Positions 17,904 to 26,727 are shown, numbered from the stretch's first letter. The stretch: DNA of 32,000 bases from Alkalilimnicola ehrlichii MLHE-1 (GCF_000014785.1 NC_008340.1:2010001-2042000), one strand, 5' to 3'. Notes: a model not told the origin generated them from the sequence alone. Translations and numbers: made by a program.

Positions 17904-19661
17904 ATGAATCCCGATCATGCACTCACCGAGCGAGGCCCGTTGGCGGTGGTCCGGTTCCTGGGCCTGGTGCTGCTGGGTGCCCTGATCGGCGGCGTTGCCG
18001 CGCTCGCCGCGGTGGGCTTCGTCACAGCGGTGCTGTGGCTCAATGAGATCCTGTTGATCTCACCGCGCAGCCGCATGATGTTCGACCATCCCGCCGCCCT
18101 GATCGCCGCCACCCTGGCCGTGCCGACCCTGGGCGGGCTGTTGGTGGGCCTGCTTCACCGAGCCATTCCCGAAAAGCGGCCCCATACCCCGGCCGACGTC
18201 ATCGCCGCAGTACAGACCCGACGCGGACGCCTGCCGGCCCGGGCCGGCGGCCTCTCGGCGCTGACCGCCATGATCTCGCTGGGCGCCGGCGCCTCGGTGG
18301 GCCAGTACGGCCCCCTGGTCCACATGGGCGCGACCCTGGGCTCGCTGGGCTCCCGGCTGCTGCGCCTGGGACGCTCGGAAGACAACATCACCATCGCCTG
18401 CGGCGTGGCGGCGGCCATCTCCGCCGCCTTCAATGCGCCGCTGGCGGGCATCGTCTTCGCCCATGAGGTGGTACTGCGCCATTACGCCCTGCGCGCTTTC
18501 GCCCCGGTAGCCGCAGCGGCCATCGTCGGCTATGTGGTGGCCACCACGGTGCTGGATCAGGGCGCCCTGTTCCATGTCGCCGAGACGGTCGTGCCGCGCG
18601 CCTGGGAATTCATGCTCTTCGTCGTCATCGGCGGGCTCGGCGCCCTGGTCGCCGGGGCCTACATGCACGCCATCCTCGGCGTCGGAAGGCTGGCCACCAA
18701 ACTGCCCCTTCCGGCGACCCTGCGCCCCGCGCTGGCCGGCGCCCTCCTGGGGCTGACCGCCCTCTGGGTGCCGGACATCCTCGGCATGGGCCAGGAGACG
18801 CTTCGCTTCGCCACCATCGCCGGTGCCTTCGGTGGCGGCGAGCTGCTGCTGATCCTGCTCCTCAAGCTGGCGGCCACCGCCCTCTGCCTGGGGATGGGCT
18901 TCAGCGGTGGGGTCTTCAGCCCCGCCCTGGTGATCGGGACCCTGTTCGGGGCCCTGTGCGGCACCCTCGTCGGCCAGGTCGCAGGCGCTCCCCCGGAGAC
19001 CTTCGTCTTCTATGCCGTCTGCGGCATGGTGGCGGTCACCGCGCCGGTGATCGGCGCGCCGCTGACCACCCTGCTGATCGTCTTCGAGCTGACCGGCAGC
19101 TACGCCCTCACCACCGCCGCCCTGGCCAGCGTGACGCTGGCCAGCCCCATCGCGGCCCAGCTATTCGGCCGCTCGCTGTTCGATATCCAGCTTGACCGGC
19201 GCGGCCTCGACCTCTCCGCCGGCCGCGGCCGGGCCGTCCTGCAGGCTACGTCGGTGGCCTCGCAGGTGACGCAGGATTGCGTGACCCTGCCTCCGGAAAC
19301 ACCCGTGAGCGAGGCGATCGGCGCCCTGGGCCGCGCGCGCCACGCCGAGGCCTACCTGGTCGATGCACGGGGACGCTACCGCGGCTGCGTTCTCCTTCAC
19401 GATCTCGAGGCCGCCCAGCAGGCCGACGGCGGGCGCCGACCGGCCGCAGATGTCATCGACGCCAAGCGCCCGGTGCTGCGCCCCGGCAGCTCGCTATGGG
19501 AGGCCATGGCACGGCTCGAGGAGGTCTCCGGCGAGGCGCTCGCCGTGGTCGACGATCATCGGGACAATGCGTTCATGGGGGTGGTCTACGAGGCCGGCAT
19601 CGCCCGTGCCCATCGCGTTCAGAGCGACACCCTGCGACGGGAGGAACATGGCAACGGTTAG
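17904..19661 (+). CDS. ClC-family chloride channel/transporter with C-terminal CBS domain pair
   Basis: SLGAGASVGQYGPLVHMGATLGS, AAAISAAFNAPLAGIVFAHEV, GFSGGVFSPALVIGTLFG, then a C-terminal CBS-like region (VTLPPETPVSEAIGALGRARHAEAYLVDARGRYRGCVLL...). 585 aa. Confidence 0.88.
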   Translation: MNPDHALTERGPLAVVRFLGLVLLGALIGGVAALAAVGFVTAVLWLNEILLISPRSRMMFDHPAALIAATLAVPTLGGLLVGLLHRAIPEKRPHTPADVIAAVQTRRGRLPARAGGLSALTAMISLGAGASVGQYGPLVHMGATLGSLGSRLLRLGRSEDNITIACGVAAAISAAFNAPLAGIVFAHEVVLRHYALRAFAPVAAAAIVGYVVATTVLDQGALFHVAETVVPRAWEFMLFVVIGGLGALVAGAYMHAILGVGRLATKLPLPATLRPALAGALLGLTALWVPDILGMGQETLRFATIAGAFGGGELLLILLLKLAATALCLGMGFSGGVFSPALVIGTLFGALCGTLVGQVAGAPPETFVFYAVCGMVAVTAPVIGAPLTTLLIVFELTGSYALTTAALASVTLASPIAAQLFGRSLFDIQLDRRGLDLSAGRGRAVLQATSVASQVTQDCVTLPPETPVSEAIGALGRARHAEAYLVDARGRYRGCVLLHDLEAAQQADGGRRPAADVIDAKRPVLRPGSSLWEAMARLEEVSGEALAVVDDHRDNAFMGVVYEAGIARAHRVQSDTLRREEHGNG

Positions 19662-20781
19662 ACGACGGATCCTGGCCCTTGCCCTGGTGCTGCTGCTCTG
19701 CGCACCGGCCCCGGCCACGACGGCGGACGACGCCCTGGTCGTGCTGAGCTGGGGCGGCGCCTACGAGCGTGCCCAGCGCGAGGCGCTGTTCGAGCCCTTC
19801 ACCGCCCGGACCGGCATCCCGGTGGAGGTGCAGCGCTACGACGGGGGCCTGGAGGCACTGCGCCGGGCCGTGGCCGACGGCGAGGTGCCCTGGGACCTTA
19901 TCGACATGACCCGCAGTGACGCCATGGCCGCCTGCGAGGAGGGCCTCCTTGCGCCGCTGCCGCCCGACCTGGCGGCGCCAGCACCGGACGGCACACCGCC
20001 AGCCCGCGATTTCCTGCCGGACGCCATCGGCCGCTGCGCCCTCACCCATACGGTGTTCGCAACCGTGGTAGCCTACCGGCCCGAAGCCTTCCCCGGCCGG
20101 CGCCCCACCGCCATCGCCGATCTCTTCGACCAGCAACGCTTCCCCGGCCCCCGTGCCCTGCAGCGCACCCCGGCGGTCAACCTGGAGTGGGCATTACGCT
20201 CCTACGGGGTGCCCCGGGAAGAGCTCTATCGACTGCTCAGCACCCCTCGCGGCCTGCGCCTGGCCCTGGGTCGGCTCGCAGAGCTCGAGGCGATCCACTG
20301 GTGGGAGGCCGGGGACACCCCGGCGCGGCTGCTCGTCGAGGGCCGGGTGGTGATGGCGTCGGGCTACAACGGCCGCTTCTTCGACGCCATGCTCCGGGAT
20401 GATGCCCCCATCGAGATCCTCTGGGACGGCCAGGTCCAGGAGCACGAGGCCTGGGCGGTTCCCCGCGGCGCCGCCCGCCCCGAGGCCGCCCGGGATCTCA
20501 TCCGCTTCGCCACCACCACCGAGCGCCTCGCCGAACTCGCCCGGCGCATTCCCTACGGGCCCGCGCGTGACTCGGCCGCCCTCCAGGTCACCACCCACCC
20601 GGACACCGGCCTGGATATGCGTCTGCACATCCCCACCCATCCGCTGAATGCCGCAGGCGCCATCGTCAAAGACGAAGACTGGTACGCCCACACCCAATCG
20701 CGACTGGACGACTACTTCGAGGCCTGGCTGGCTACCGACGGCTGCCGGATCTCCCTGAATGAGCCGTGCCCGTCGCCGTGA
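19648..20781 (+). CDS. Extracellular solute-binding protein (polyamine/Fe-type ABC SBP family)
   Basis: Signal peptide MATVRRRILALALVLLLCAPAPATT followed by LVVLSWGGAYERAQREALFEPFTARTGIPVEV, typical of PotD-like binding proteins. Its ATG overlaps the ClC stop; the track extends upstream to 19363 in this frame. Confidence 0.82.
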   Translation: MATVRRRILALALVLLLCAPAPATTADDALVVLSWGGAYERAQREALFEPFTARTGIPVEVQRYDGGLEALRRAVADGEVPWDLIDMTRSDAMAACEEGLLAPLPPDLAAPAPDGTPPARDFLPDAIGRCALTHTVFATVVAYRPEAFPGRRPTAIADLFDQQRFPGPRALQRTPAVNLEWALRSYGVPREELYRLLSTPRGLRLALGRLAELEAIHWWEAGDTPARLLVEGRVVMASGYNGRFFDAMLRDDAPIEILWDGQVQEHEAWAVPRGAARPEAARDLIRFATTTERLAELARRIPYGPARDSAALQVTTHPDTGLDMRLHIPTHPLNAAGAIVKDEDWYAHTQSRLDDYFEAWLATDGCRISLNEPCPSP

Positions 20782-20938
20782 ATGTGGTCTGGCTGCGGGG
20801 CTGCTTGACCCAATACACCTCCGGGCGCGCCCTCTCCGCCCGATCACCGCGTGTTCCCTTCCGCACAGACAACACCCCTTTATGGGCCTAGCCTGAACCT
20901 ATGCTTGCATGTGCCTTAGAAAGACAGAGGTTAGCTGG

Positions 20939-21988
20939 ATGAGTTCGCAAGACGCATCGAACATCGGTGCCGTAGACAACCCGCGAGCGCTGCGGCGCTC
21001 ACTGAGCCACTACCGTGAGCCCAGAGTCGCGCGAAGTGTTGTGGAAATCCTGATCACGGTTATTCCCTTCGTGTTGCTGTGGGGGGTGGCATGGAGCGCC
21101 CAGAACGCCGGCTACTGGATCGGCCTGATCGCCGTCGTGCCGGCAGCCGGGTTTCTCGTCCGTTTATTCATGATCCAGCACGATTGCAGCCACGGGTCGT
21201 TTTTCCGCTCCCGGCGCGCCAATAACTGGGTCGGGCGGGTCATCGGGGTGCTGACCCTCACGCCTTTCGATCTATGGCGCCACAGCCACGCCACCCATCA
21301 CGCCACCTCCGGAAACCTGGACCGGCCGAATATCGGCGGCATCGAGACGCTGACCGTGCGTGAGTACCAGGCCCTCCCGCGGCTGCACAGGCTGCGCTAT
21401 CGCCTGTACCGTCATCCACTGGTCCTGTTCGGTATCGGCCCTGTGTACCTCTTTCTGCTGGCCAACCGCCTGCCGTTCGGTTTCATGCGGTCGGGGTGGA
21501 TGCCCTGGGTGAGCACCATGGGCACCAATGCGGCCATCGCCCTCGTTGTGGCCGGCATGATCTGGCTGGTTGGCCTGGGCCCCTTTCTGCTCGTGCAGTT
21601 GCCCATCACGCTGCTGGGCGCTGTGATCGGTGTCTGGCTGTTCTACGTCCAGCACCAGTTCGAAGACACCTACTGGCGGCACCAGGAGGAGTGGAGCTTC
21701 GATGAGGCCGCCGTTCACGGCAGTTCCCACTACGTATTGCCGGGCATCCTGCGCTGGTTCAGCGCCAATATCGGCGTCCACCATGTCCACCACTTGTGCT
21801 CCCGCATTCCATCCTACCGGCTGCCCGAAGTGCTGCGGGATCATCCCGAGCTTCGGGACGTGGGCCGGATCACACTGCGGCAAAGCCTGGCGTCCGTACC
21901 GCTCGCACTGTGGGATGAGGACAAACAGCGCCTGGTGTCCTTCAAAGAGGCGCGGGCCGGTTCGGAGCCGCAAAGCGCGTATCAATGA
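20939..21988 (+). CDS. Membrane fatty acid desaturase
   Basis: Three His boxes (HDCSHG; HSHATHHATSG; HHVHHL) and multi-TM topology. Confidence 0.88.
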   Translation: MSSQDASNIGAVDNPRALRRSLSHYREPRVARSVVEILITVIPFVLLWGVAWSAQNAGYWIGLIAVVPAAGFLVRLFMIQHDCSHGSFFRSRRANNWVGRVIGVLTLTPFDLWRHSHATHHATSGNLDRPNIGGIETLTVREYQALPRLHRLRYRLYRHPLVLFGIGPVYLFLLANRLPFGFMRSGWMPWVSTMGTNAAIALVVAGMIWLVGLGPFLLVQLPITLLGAVIGVWLFYVQHQFEDTYWRHQEEWSFDEAAVHGSSHYVLPGILRWFSANIGVHHVHHLCSRIPSYRLPEVLRDHPELRDVGRITLRQSLASVPLALWDEDKQRLVSFKEARAGSEPQSAYQ

Positions 21989-22075
21989 CCGACAGCCCCC
22001 GGGAAACGCTGCCACCCCCAGCGCCAGCCATCCATGCAGCGCCGGCGGAAAAGCCGGTCCCAGTGGACGCCGCTA

Positions 22076-22669
22076 TCAGGTATCGGGGCTGATTTCCTTC
22101 GTCATCAAGACCCAATCCCCGGTGTGGGCACACCGGGGAAACGGCACGATCTGGCGTCGGGCGATGGCCTGGTAACCGAGTTTCTCGTAAAGCCGTCGCG
22201 CCCGGGCATTCTCCTCCGCCACGATCAGGCTAAGCACCCCGGCACCCGACGCCGCGGCGAGGTGCTCGGCCCAGTCCATGAGCCTCCGCCCTACCCCTTG
22301 GCCGCGATAGGCCGTGTCCGTGGCCACGGCGTTGATGTACCACGACCCGGGAACAAGCGCTTCCAACTCGATGAGCGGCCGGACCACAACGGGGATCTCG
22401 TCCAACGGGCCGGCTTCATAGGGATCAGGCAGCCGATAGCCGAGCAGCATCCCGGCCATGGCGCCATCATATTCCGCAACATAGGTGTTGGTATAACTGA
22501 ACCCGCCTTCCGTTCTGGCCACCCTCCGGGCACCAAACGCCAAGGCATCTTCGCCCGGCCCCGCCATGCGCCCCCAGAGATAGGCAGGTATGCCCTCACC
22601 CGCCAAGTTCATGAGCTCGGCCAGCTTCGGGGCGTCTTCTGCCTTGGCGTTACGAACGCTCAGGTCCAT
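22076..22669 (-). CDS. GNAT-family N-acetyltransferase
   Basis: WYINAVATDTAYRGQGVGRRLMDWAEHLAAASGAGVLSLIVAEENARARRLYEKLGYQ is the acetyl-CoA-binding motif A/B. The start was chosen at MDLSVRNAKAED. Confidence 0.85.
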   Translation of the reverse strand: MDLSVRNAKAEDAPKLAELMNLAGEGIPAYLWGRMAGPGEDALAFGARRVARTEGGFSYTNTYVAEYDGAMAGMLLGYRLPDPYEAGPLDEIPVVVRPLIELEALVPGSWYINAVATDTAYRGQGVGRRLMDWAEHLAAASGAGVLSLIVAEENARARRLYEKLGYQAIARRQIVPFPRCAHTGDWVLMTKEISPDT

Positions 22670-22785
22670 AGCTTCCTCGACAACCACCGCACAAAAGAGC
22701 CGACCTTTGGCGAAGATCGAACCATCCGCACTGCGGTACCCAGCATCATCGGCCAAGGCTGCGCTTCCCGCAATGCGGGCGCACC

Positions 22786-23193
22786 GTGCGCCTGGCACAC
22801 AGGGCAACTCTGAGCCATACTACGACAATACATGGATTATCGGAGCACCAGTTGGACCATTGTGACCACCACACCGCCCGTCTCCCGGAGCTCCCCTCGC
22901 CCGAGGCCCTGAACCAAGCAGCAGAGATGTTCCGGGCCATGGGCGACCCGGAGCGGCTGCGCCTGCTCACGATGCTGCAGGGCGGGGAGCGCTGTGTGGG
23001 GGAACTGGTGGGAGAGAACGACAAGCTGAGTACCGTTTCGGCGCGTCTGCAGAGCCTGCACCGCGCCCGTCTGTTACACCGGCGCCGGGAGGCCCGGCAC
23101 ATTTTTTACCGGCTTGCCGACGAGCATGTCGCAGAGCTGTTGAACAATGCACTGGAACACGCATCGGAGCGCAACCCGTCCCCTACTCCTTAG
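22786..23193 (+). CDS. ArsR/SmtB-family metal-responsive transcriptional regulator
   Basis: AAEMFRAMGDPERLRLLTMLQGGERCVGELV...STVSARLQSLHRARLLHRRREARHIFYRLADEHVAEL. The N-terminus is His/Cys-rich (HQLDHCDHH). The exact start is uncertain and may be an internal TTG near 22850. Confidence 0.85.
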   Translation: MRLAHRATLSHTTTIHGLSEHQLDHCDHHTARLPELPSPEALNQAAEMFRAMGDPERLRLLTMLQGGERCVGELVGENDKLSTVSARLQSLHRARLLHRRREARHIFYRLADEHVAELLNNALEHASERNPSPTP

Positions 23194-23206
23194 GGAGGAA
23201 ACCCTG

Positions 23207-23554
23207 ATGAGCTGCCAAAAACACCCGAACCACGATCATGACCACGGCCCCGGCTGCGGCCACACCGCTGTGGAACACGACGGTCACGTGGATTACCTGC
23301 ACGATGGCCACCTGCACCATCCGCACGGCGATCATGTCGACGAACATGTGATCGAGGTCAGCGACACCAATCCGGACCGCTGCACCCCTGATCACCGCTG
23401 TGATGGCCACGAACCCGGTCACGTCCATGGCCCCGGCTGCGGTCACGAGCCCGTTCCGCACGGTGATCACATCGACTACCTGGTGGACGGGCACCTGCAC
23501 CACCCGCATGGCGACCACTGCGACGACCACGGGCCGCTCAAGGTGTTGACCTAG
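23207..23554 (+). CDS. Histidine-rich metal-binding protein with internal duplication
   Basis: MSCQKHPNHDHDHGPGCGHTAVEHDGHVDYLHDGHLHHPHGDHVDEH...HVHGPGCGHEPVPHGDHIDYLVDGHLHHPHGDHCDDHG. A ribosome-binding site (TAGGGAGGAAA) is present and it lies directly downstream of arsR. Confidence 0.8.
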   Translation: MSCQKHPNHDHDHGPGCGHTAVEHDGHVDYLHDGHLHHPHGDHVDEHVIEVSDTNPDRCTPDHRCDGHEPGHVHGPGCGHEPVPHGDHIDYLVDGHLHHPHGDHCDDHGPLKVLT

Positions 23555-23630
23555 TCGGATTGTGCGCCACCTCCCATCGGTGGCCATCCGGGCCATAGAA
23601 GTAACCACTAAAAGAGACCTATAACGCCGC

Positions 23631-24053
23631 TCACTCTCCGGAATACAGCTGAAACACCTCTTTCTCTGTAAGGTTCCTGGTCTTTTCTGCAAATGAATAG
23701 AAAGAGGGTTTCTGATCAATAAATATTTGCTCCCGAAACTCCCACACGTCCCTGTCATCGAACAGGCCGACGGGGATCGCATAGTGGTTTTCTTTCTTTA
23801 ACCGGTAAAACAGGTGGGTACCACACCTCCGACAGAACCCCCGCACCGCCCATTCCGACGAGCTAAACGTGGTTATATGCTCGGTGCCCTCAAACTCCAC
23901 GTCACTACCGCACTCGGCAGCAAAAAGCGGACCTCCACCCCATGTCCGGCACATCTTGCAGTGACATGCGCCAATGCTTGTACCCTGGGTTCTTGCCTTA
24001 ACTCGAACCGCACCGCAAAGGCAAGCGCCGCTGTGCTCGATTCCAGATTCCAT
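23631..24053 (-). CDS. GFA (CENP-V/GFA domain) family protein
   Basis: GACLCGAVRVKA..GACHCKMCRTWGGGPLFAAECG...GFCRRCGTHLFYRL are the zinc ligands and fold signature of GFA proteins. Confidence 0.9.
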   Translation of the reverse strand: MESGIEHSGACLCGAVRVKARTQGTSIGACHCKMCRTWGGGPLFAAECGSDVEFEGTEHITTFSSSEWAVRGFCRRCGTHLFYRLKKENHYAIPVGLFDDRDVWEFREQIFIDQKPSFYSFAEKTRNLTEKEVFQLYSGE

Positions 24054-24142
24054 ACCGTTCTCCTACAGCTTCCTCCCGCACCTCGATTCTTCGCCCGGAG
24101 GGATCCCCTACTGCGACGGGGGGGGAAACCAGGTGGCGGCCG

Positions 24143-24598
24143 CTACTGACCAGCCGCCTCGGCTGCAATGCCGTTCAGCGCCTCGACCACCTTGTCCAGC
24201 GGAAGGTCACAGCCCTCCAGCCCGTGACGCTCCGCCAGGTACAGCGGATCGTTCCACTCCACCAGGGTGCGGCCCTCATCTTCCCGGATGACCATCTTCT
24301 GCGGCAGGTCCAGGGCCACCTGCCCCTGGCACTGCATCATTGGCGTACCCACCTGCGGGTTACCAAAGATGAAGGTCCGGGTCTCGGGCAGGCTCTCGCC
24401 CACGCCGCGGGCGTTCTCCGCATGATGGACCACCTGCACCAGGGTCATGCCGCGTGCGTTGAGGGCCGCACGCAGCCGGTCATCAACGGCTTCAATGGCA
24501 TCGGGGCTTTCGAGTCGCTCCACACCCTGGCCCGCGAACGCGGTCTGAGTCGCGAGGGTCATCACCACGGCCGCAACAAACAGGATTGCGTTTTTCAT
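24143..24598 (-). CDS. DUF302 domain-containing periplasmic protein
   Basis: Signal peptide MKNAILFVAAVVMTLATQTAFA, then ALNARGMTLVQVVHHAENARGVGESLPETRTFIFGNPQVGTPMMQCQGQVALDLPQKMVIRED, typical of DUF302. Confidence 0.85.
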   Translation of the reverse strand: MKNAILFVAAVVMTLATQTAFAGQGVERLESPDAIEAVDDRLRAALNARGMTLVQVVHHAENARGVGESLPETRTFIFGNPQVGTPMMQCQGQVALDLPQKMVIREDEGRTLVEWNDPLYLAERHGLEGCDLPLDKVVEALNGIAAEAAGQ

Positions 24599-24809
24599 GT
24601 CCGTTCTCCGCTGCGGGCGTTGCTCTAAAGCATCGACCACCTTGGTGCATCTGGCAAACCGACACCGCGATTCCGTTCGAGGGGCGGGAGCGTCCAAGGC
24701 TCCGGATCACGAATGCGCCGCAACGCTCTGGACAGCGTCAGGTGGCGTTGACAAGTGCTTCTTTTCGTTATTCTGCAAGCCCTTTACGGGTGATTAACCG
24801 GGGCGGGGA

Positions 24810-25571
24810 TCAATCCTTCCCCGGCCGGGCCTCGCTCCCCCAGAGTTGATCCAGGCGCGCATAGCGGCCACATCGGGTCACATAGAACCTGTAGCGCAGC
24901 GGATTCTTCTGATAGTAGTTCTGGTGGTACTCCTCGGCCGGGTAGAACGTGCTCCGATCGCAGAATTGTCCGCCGCCGTCGAACGCCTCTTCAACGCACC
25001 AGAAGCAACCACCCGCAAACAGGGCCGTGGCCCGTTCCTCGTCGTCAGCGTGGCCCGTTGCCGGCGCGAAACGCAGGGCGAGCCCGTTGTTACACCAGCG
25101 CCGGCCCGTGGGCGCGGGGCCGTCTTCGAAAACATGCCCCTGGTGCCCCCGGCAACGGATGCAATGGTATTCCGTGCGCACCATCCAGAGCAGGCGATCC
25201 TGCTTCGTGCCCACGTGCCCCGGGAAGGGCTGGTAGAAACTGGGCCAACCGGTGCGGCTGTCGAACTTGGTATCGGAGCTGAACAGCGGCAGATGACACG
25301 CCGCGCAGACGTAGGTGCCGTCCTCGTAGCGTTCGTCCAGCGGGCTCGAGAAGGGACGCTCCGTCCCACCGCGGAACAGGATTCTCCAGGCAGCATGGGG
25401 GACGTGCGCGCGCCAGAACGCCGGATCATGCGCAAGGGTTCCAAGATCCCATGCGCGTCCAGTCACGCGATGGAACTCGCGCACCTCCAAGCGGCCCATT
25501 GCTGCGCCCACCGGTAGTAACAGGCTTGCGCCTGTTCCGAGCGTGAGTATCAGAAAGTCACGACGCTGCAT
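24810..25571 (-). CDS. MsrB-MsrA methionine sulfoxide reductase fusion with an internally deleted MsrA domain
   Basis: MsrB: CAACHLPLFSSDTKFDSRTGWPSF...RTEYHCIRCRGHQGHVFEDGPAPTGRRWCNNGLAL. MsrA: LFAGGCFWCVEEAF is followed immediately by DGGGQFCDRSTFYPAEEYHQNYYQKN, i.e. the active-site motif joined to the extreme C-terminal motif. The ORF itself is uninterrupted. Confidence 0.85.
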   Translation of the reverse strand: MQRRDFLILTLGTGASLLLPVGAAMGRLEVREFHRVTGRAWDLGTLAHDPAFWRAHVPHAAWRILFRGGTERPFSSPLDERYEDGTYVCAACHLPLFSSDTKFDSRTGWPSFYQPFPGHVGTKQDRLLWMVRTEYHCIRCRGHQGHVFEDGPAPTGRRWCNNGLALRFAPATGHADDEERATALFAGGCFWCVEEAFDGGGQFCDRSTFYPAEEYHQNYYQKNPLRYRFYVTRCGRYARLDQLWGSEARPGKD

Positions 25572-25681
25572 GCCAGTGCTACGCCTTCTTCCGTGTAGAT
25601 CGTGCCCTCGGCACTGGCAGGTGCCGGCAGCAGCAGGAGAGCAAGCAGCATTCCAGGGAGCAGTTTGAGCCGGGTGGCCAT
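25550..25681 (-). pseudogene. Probable truncated secreted-protein remnant (possibly YHS-type)
   Basis: MATRLKLLPGMLLALLLLPAPASAEGTIYTEEGVALACSVVTF has a clear signal peptide but almost no mature protein, and it runs into the start of the MsrB ORF. Confidence 0.4.
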
Positions 25682-25781
25682 GGTACACCTCTCGTTTCGC
25701 AGTAACGTGAAGCTTAAGGTGCACTCTAGCGCCCTTGTGCAAAGGGCGAATAAAGCCAATGTGAAGGGCTTGTAAAGGCAA

Positions 25782-26500
25782 TCAGGAAACGGGCAACTCG
25801 ATCCAGACACGCGTCCAGCCATCCTCGCTACGCGCACCAACCTGCCCGCCGTGCGCCTCGACCAATTCGCGAACAATCGCCAGCCCGATCCCGGCCCCTC
25901 CTGTCTGGCGGGAACGGGCACGTTCAACACGGTAGAAACGCTCGAAGATGTGAGGCAGATCCGCGGTCGGGATCGTCGCGCCGGTGTTGGCAACCTCGAT
26001 GCGCACCTGATCGCCGCCTCGATCACCGGTCGGGCCAACTCCAGCTCGCGGGCAACCAGAGCGACCAGGTCGACGTCGGCCACCAGCTTGCGCCGGAGCT
26101 TGCCAATGTGCACATCGATGACCCGGTCAATCACGTCGGGTTCGTCATCGTACCAGTGTGCGATCAGGGCCTCACGGGTCTGCACACGCCCGGGCGCGCT
26201 CATCAGGGCCTGCAGCAGCCGGAATTCGATCAGTGTCAGCTTGATCTCCTCTCCGTCACGGCTAACCCGGTAACGCTCCGGATCCAGCTCAAGCCCCCCG
26301 ACGCAAAGAGCCGCCGATGGCCCCTCCCTGGACCCGGCCTCGTAACGCCTGAGTATGGCCCGGACCCGCTCAACCAGCTCGCGCGGCGAGAACGGTTTGA
26401 CGACATAGTCATCGGCGCCAGCCGTAAACCCCGCCACCCGGTCGATCTCATCCTTTTGCGCCGAAAGAAAATGCGGCACCGGCAGGACCAGCACAGGCGG
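25782..26500 (-). pseudogene. Collapsed two-component system: OmpR/PhoB-type response regulator remnant joined to a histidine-kinase remnant
   Basis: REC tail (DEIDRVAGFTAGADDYVVKPFSPRELVERVRAILRR) and winged-helix domain (GLELDPERYRVSRDGEEIKLTLIEFRLLQALMSAPGRVQTREAL...IDVHIGKLRRKLVAD) lack the REC N-terminus. They run straight into kinase-like sequence, then shift frame into HATPase sequence (IEVANTGATIPTADLPHIFERFYRVERARSRQTGGAGIGLAIVRELVEAHGG). Confidence 0.75.
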
Positions 26501-26653
26501 ACCTTCTTCCTTTGGATCCTCATTCCCCAAACAATAGCCGCACTTCCGAGCGACCTGCTGCGGAAAACTCTTCCGCATGCCTGCGCGCGTTGCGCTGCTA
26601 CACTCGAAGCCATCATTCCGGGTTATCGGCTCCTGACCGGGAGGCCCATGCAC

Positions 26654-26690
26654 ATGCCGTTCACGTCGCGTTCCCCGTTGCGTTTCCTGT
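26654..26690 (+). pseudogene. 5' fragment of asmA-like gene upstream of the IS66 insertion
   Basis: ATGCCGTTCACGTCGCGTTCCCCGTTGCGTTTCCTGT encodes MPFTSRSPLRFL. Removing the IS and one target duplication joins it in frame to LYLAGVLVAVLVLAG... Confidence 0.75.
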
Positions 26691-26727
26691 GTAAGCGGTC
26701 CACCCCGCCCACCTACCGGCCTTAGTC

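Noticed and set aside
25550-26653. 367-aa ORF taken as a single novel multidomain protein
   Set aside because: Its pieces are the tail of a REC domain, a winged-helix domain, a short kinase piece, an out-of-frame section over the HATPase sequence, and a separate signal peptide. That is best explained as fused remnants, not a designed protein.
26108-26725. 205-aa plus-strand ORF opposite the response regulator remnant
   Set aside because: Mirror of a recognisable OmpR-type winged-helix sequence, with no domain of its own.
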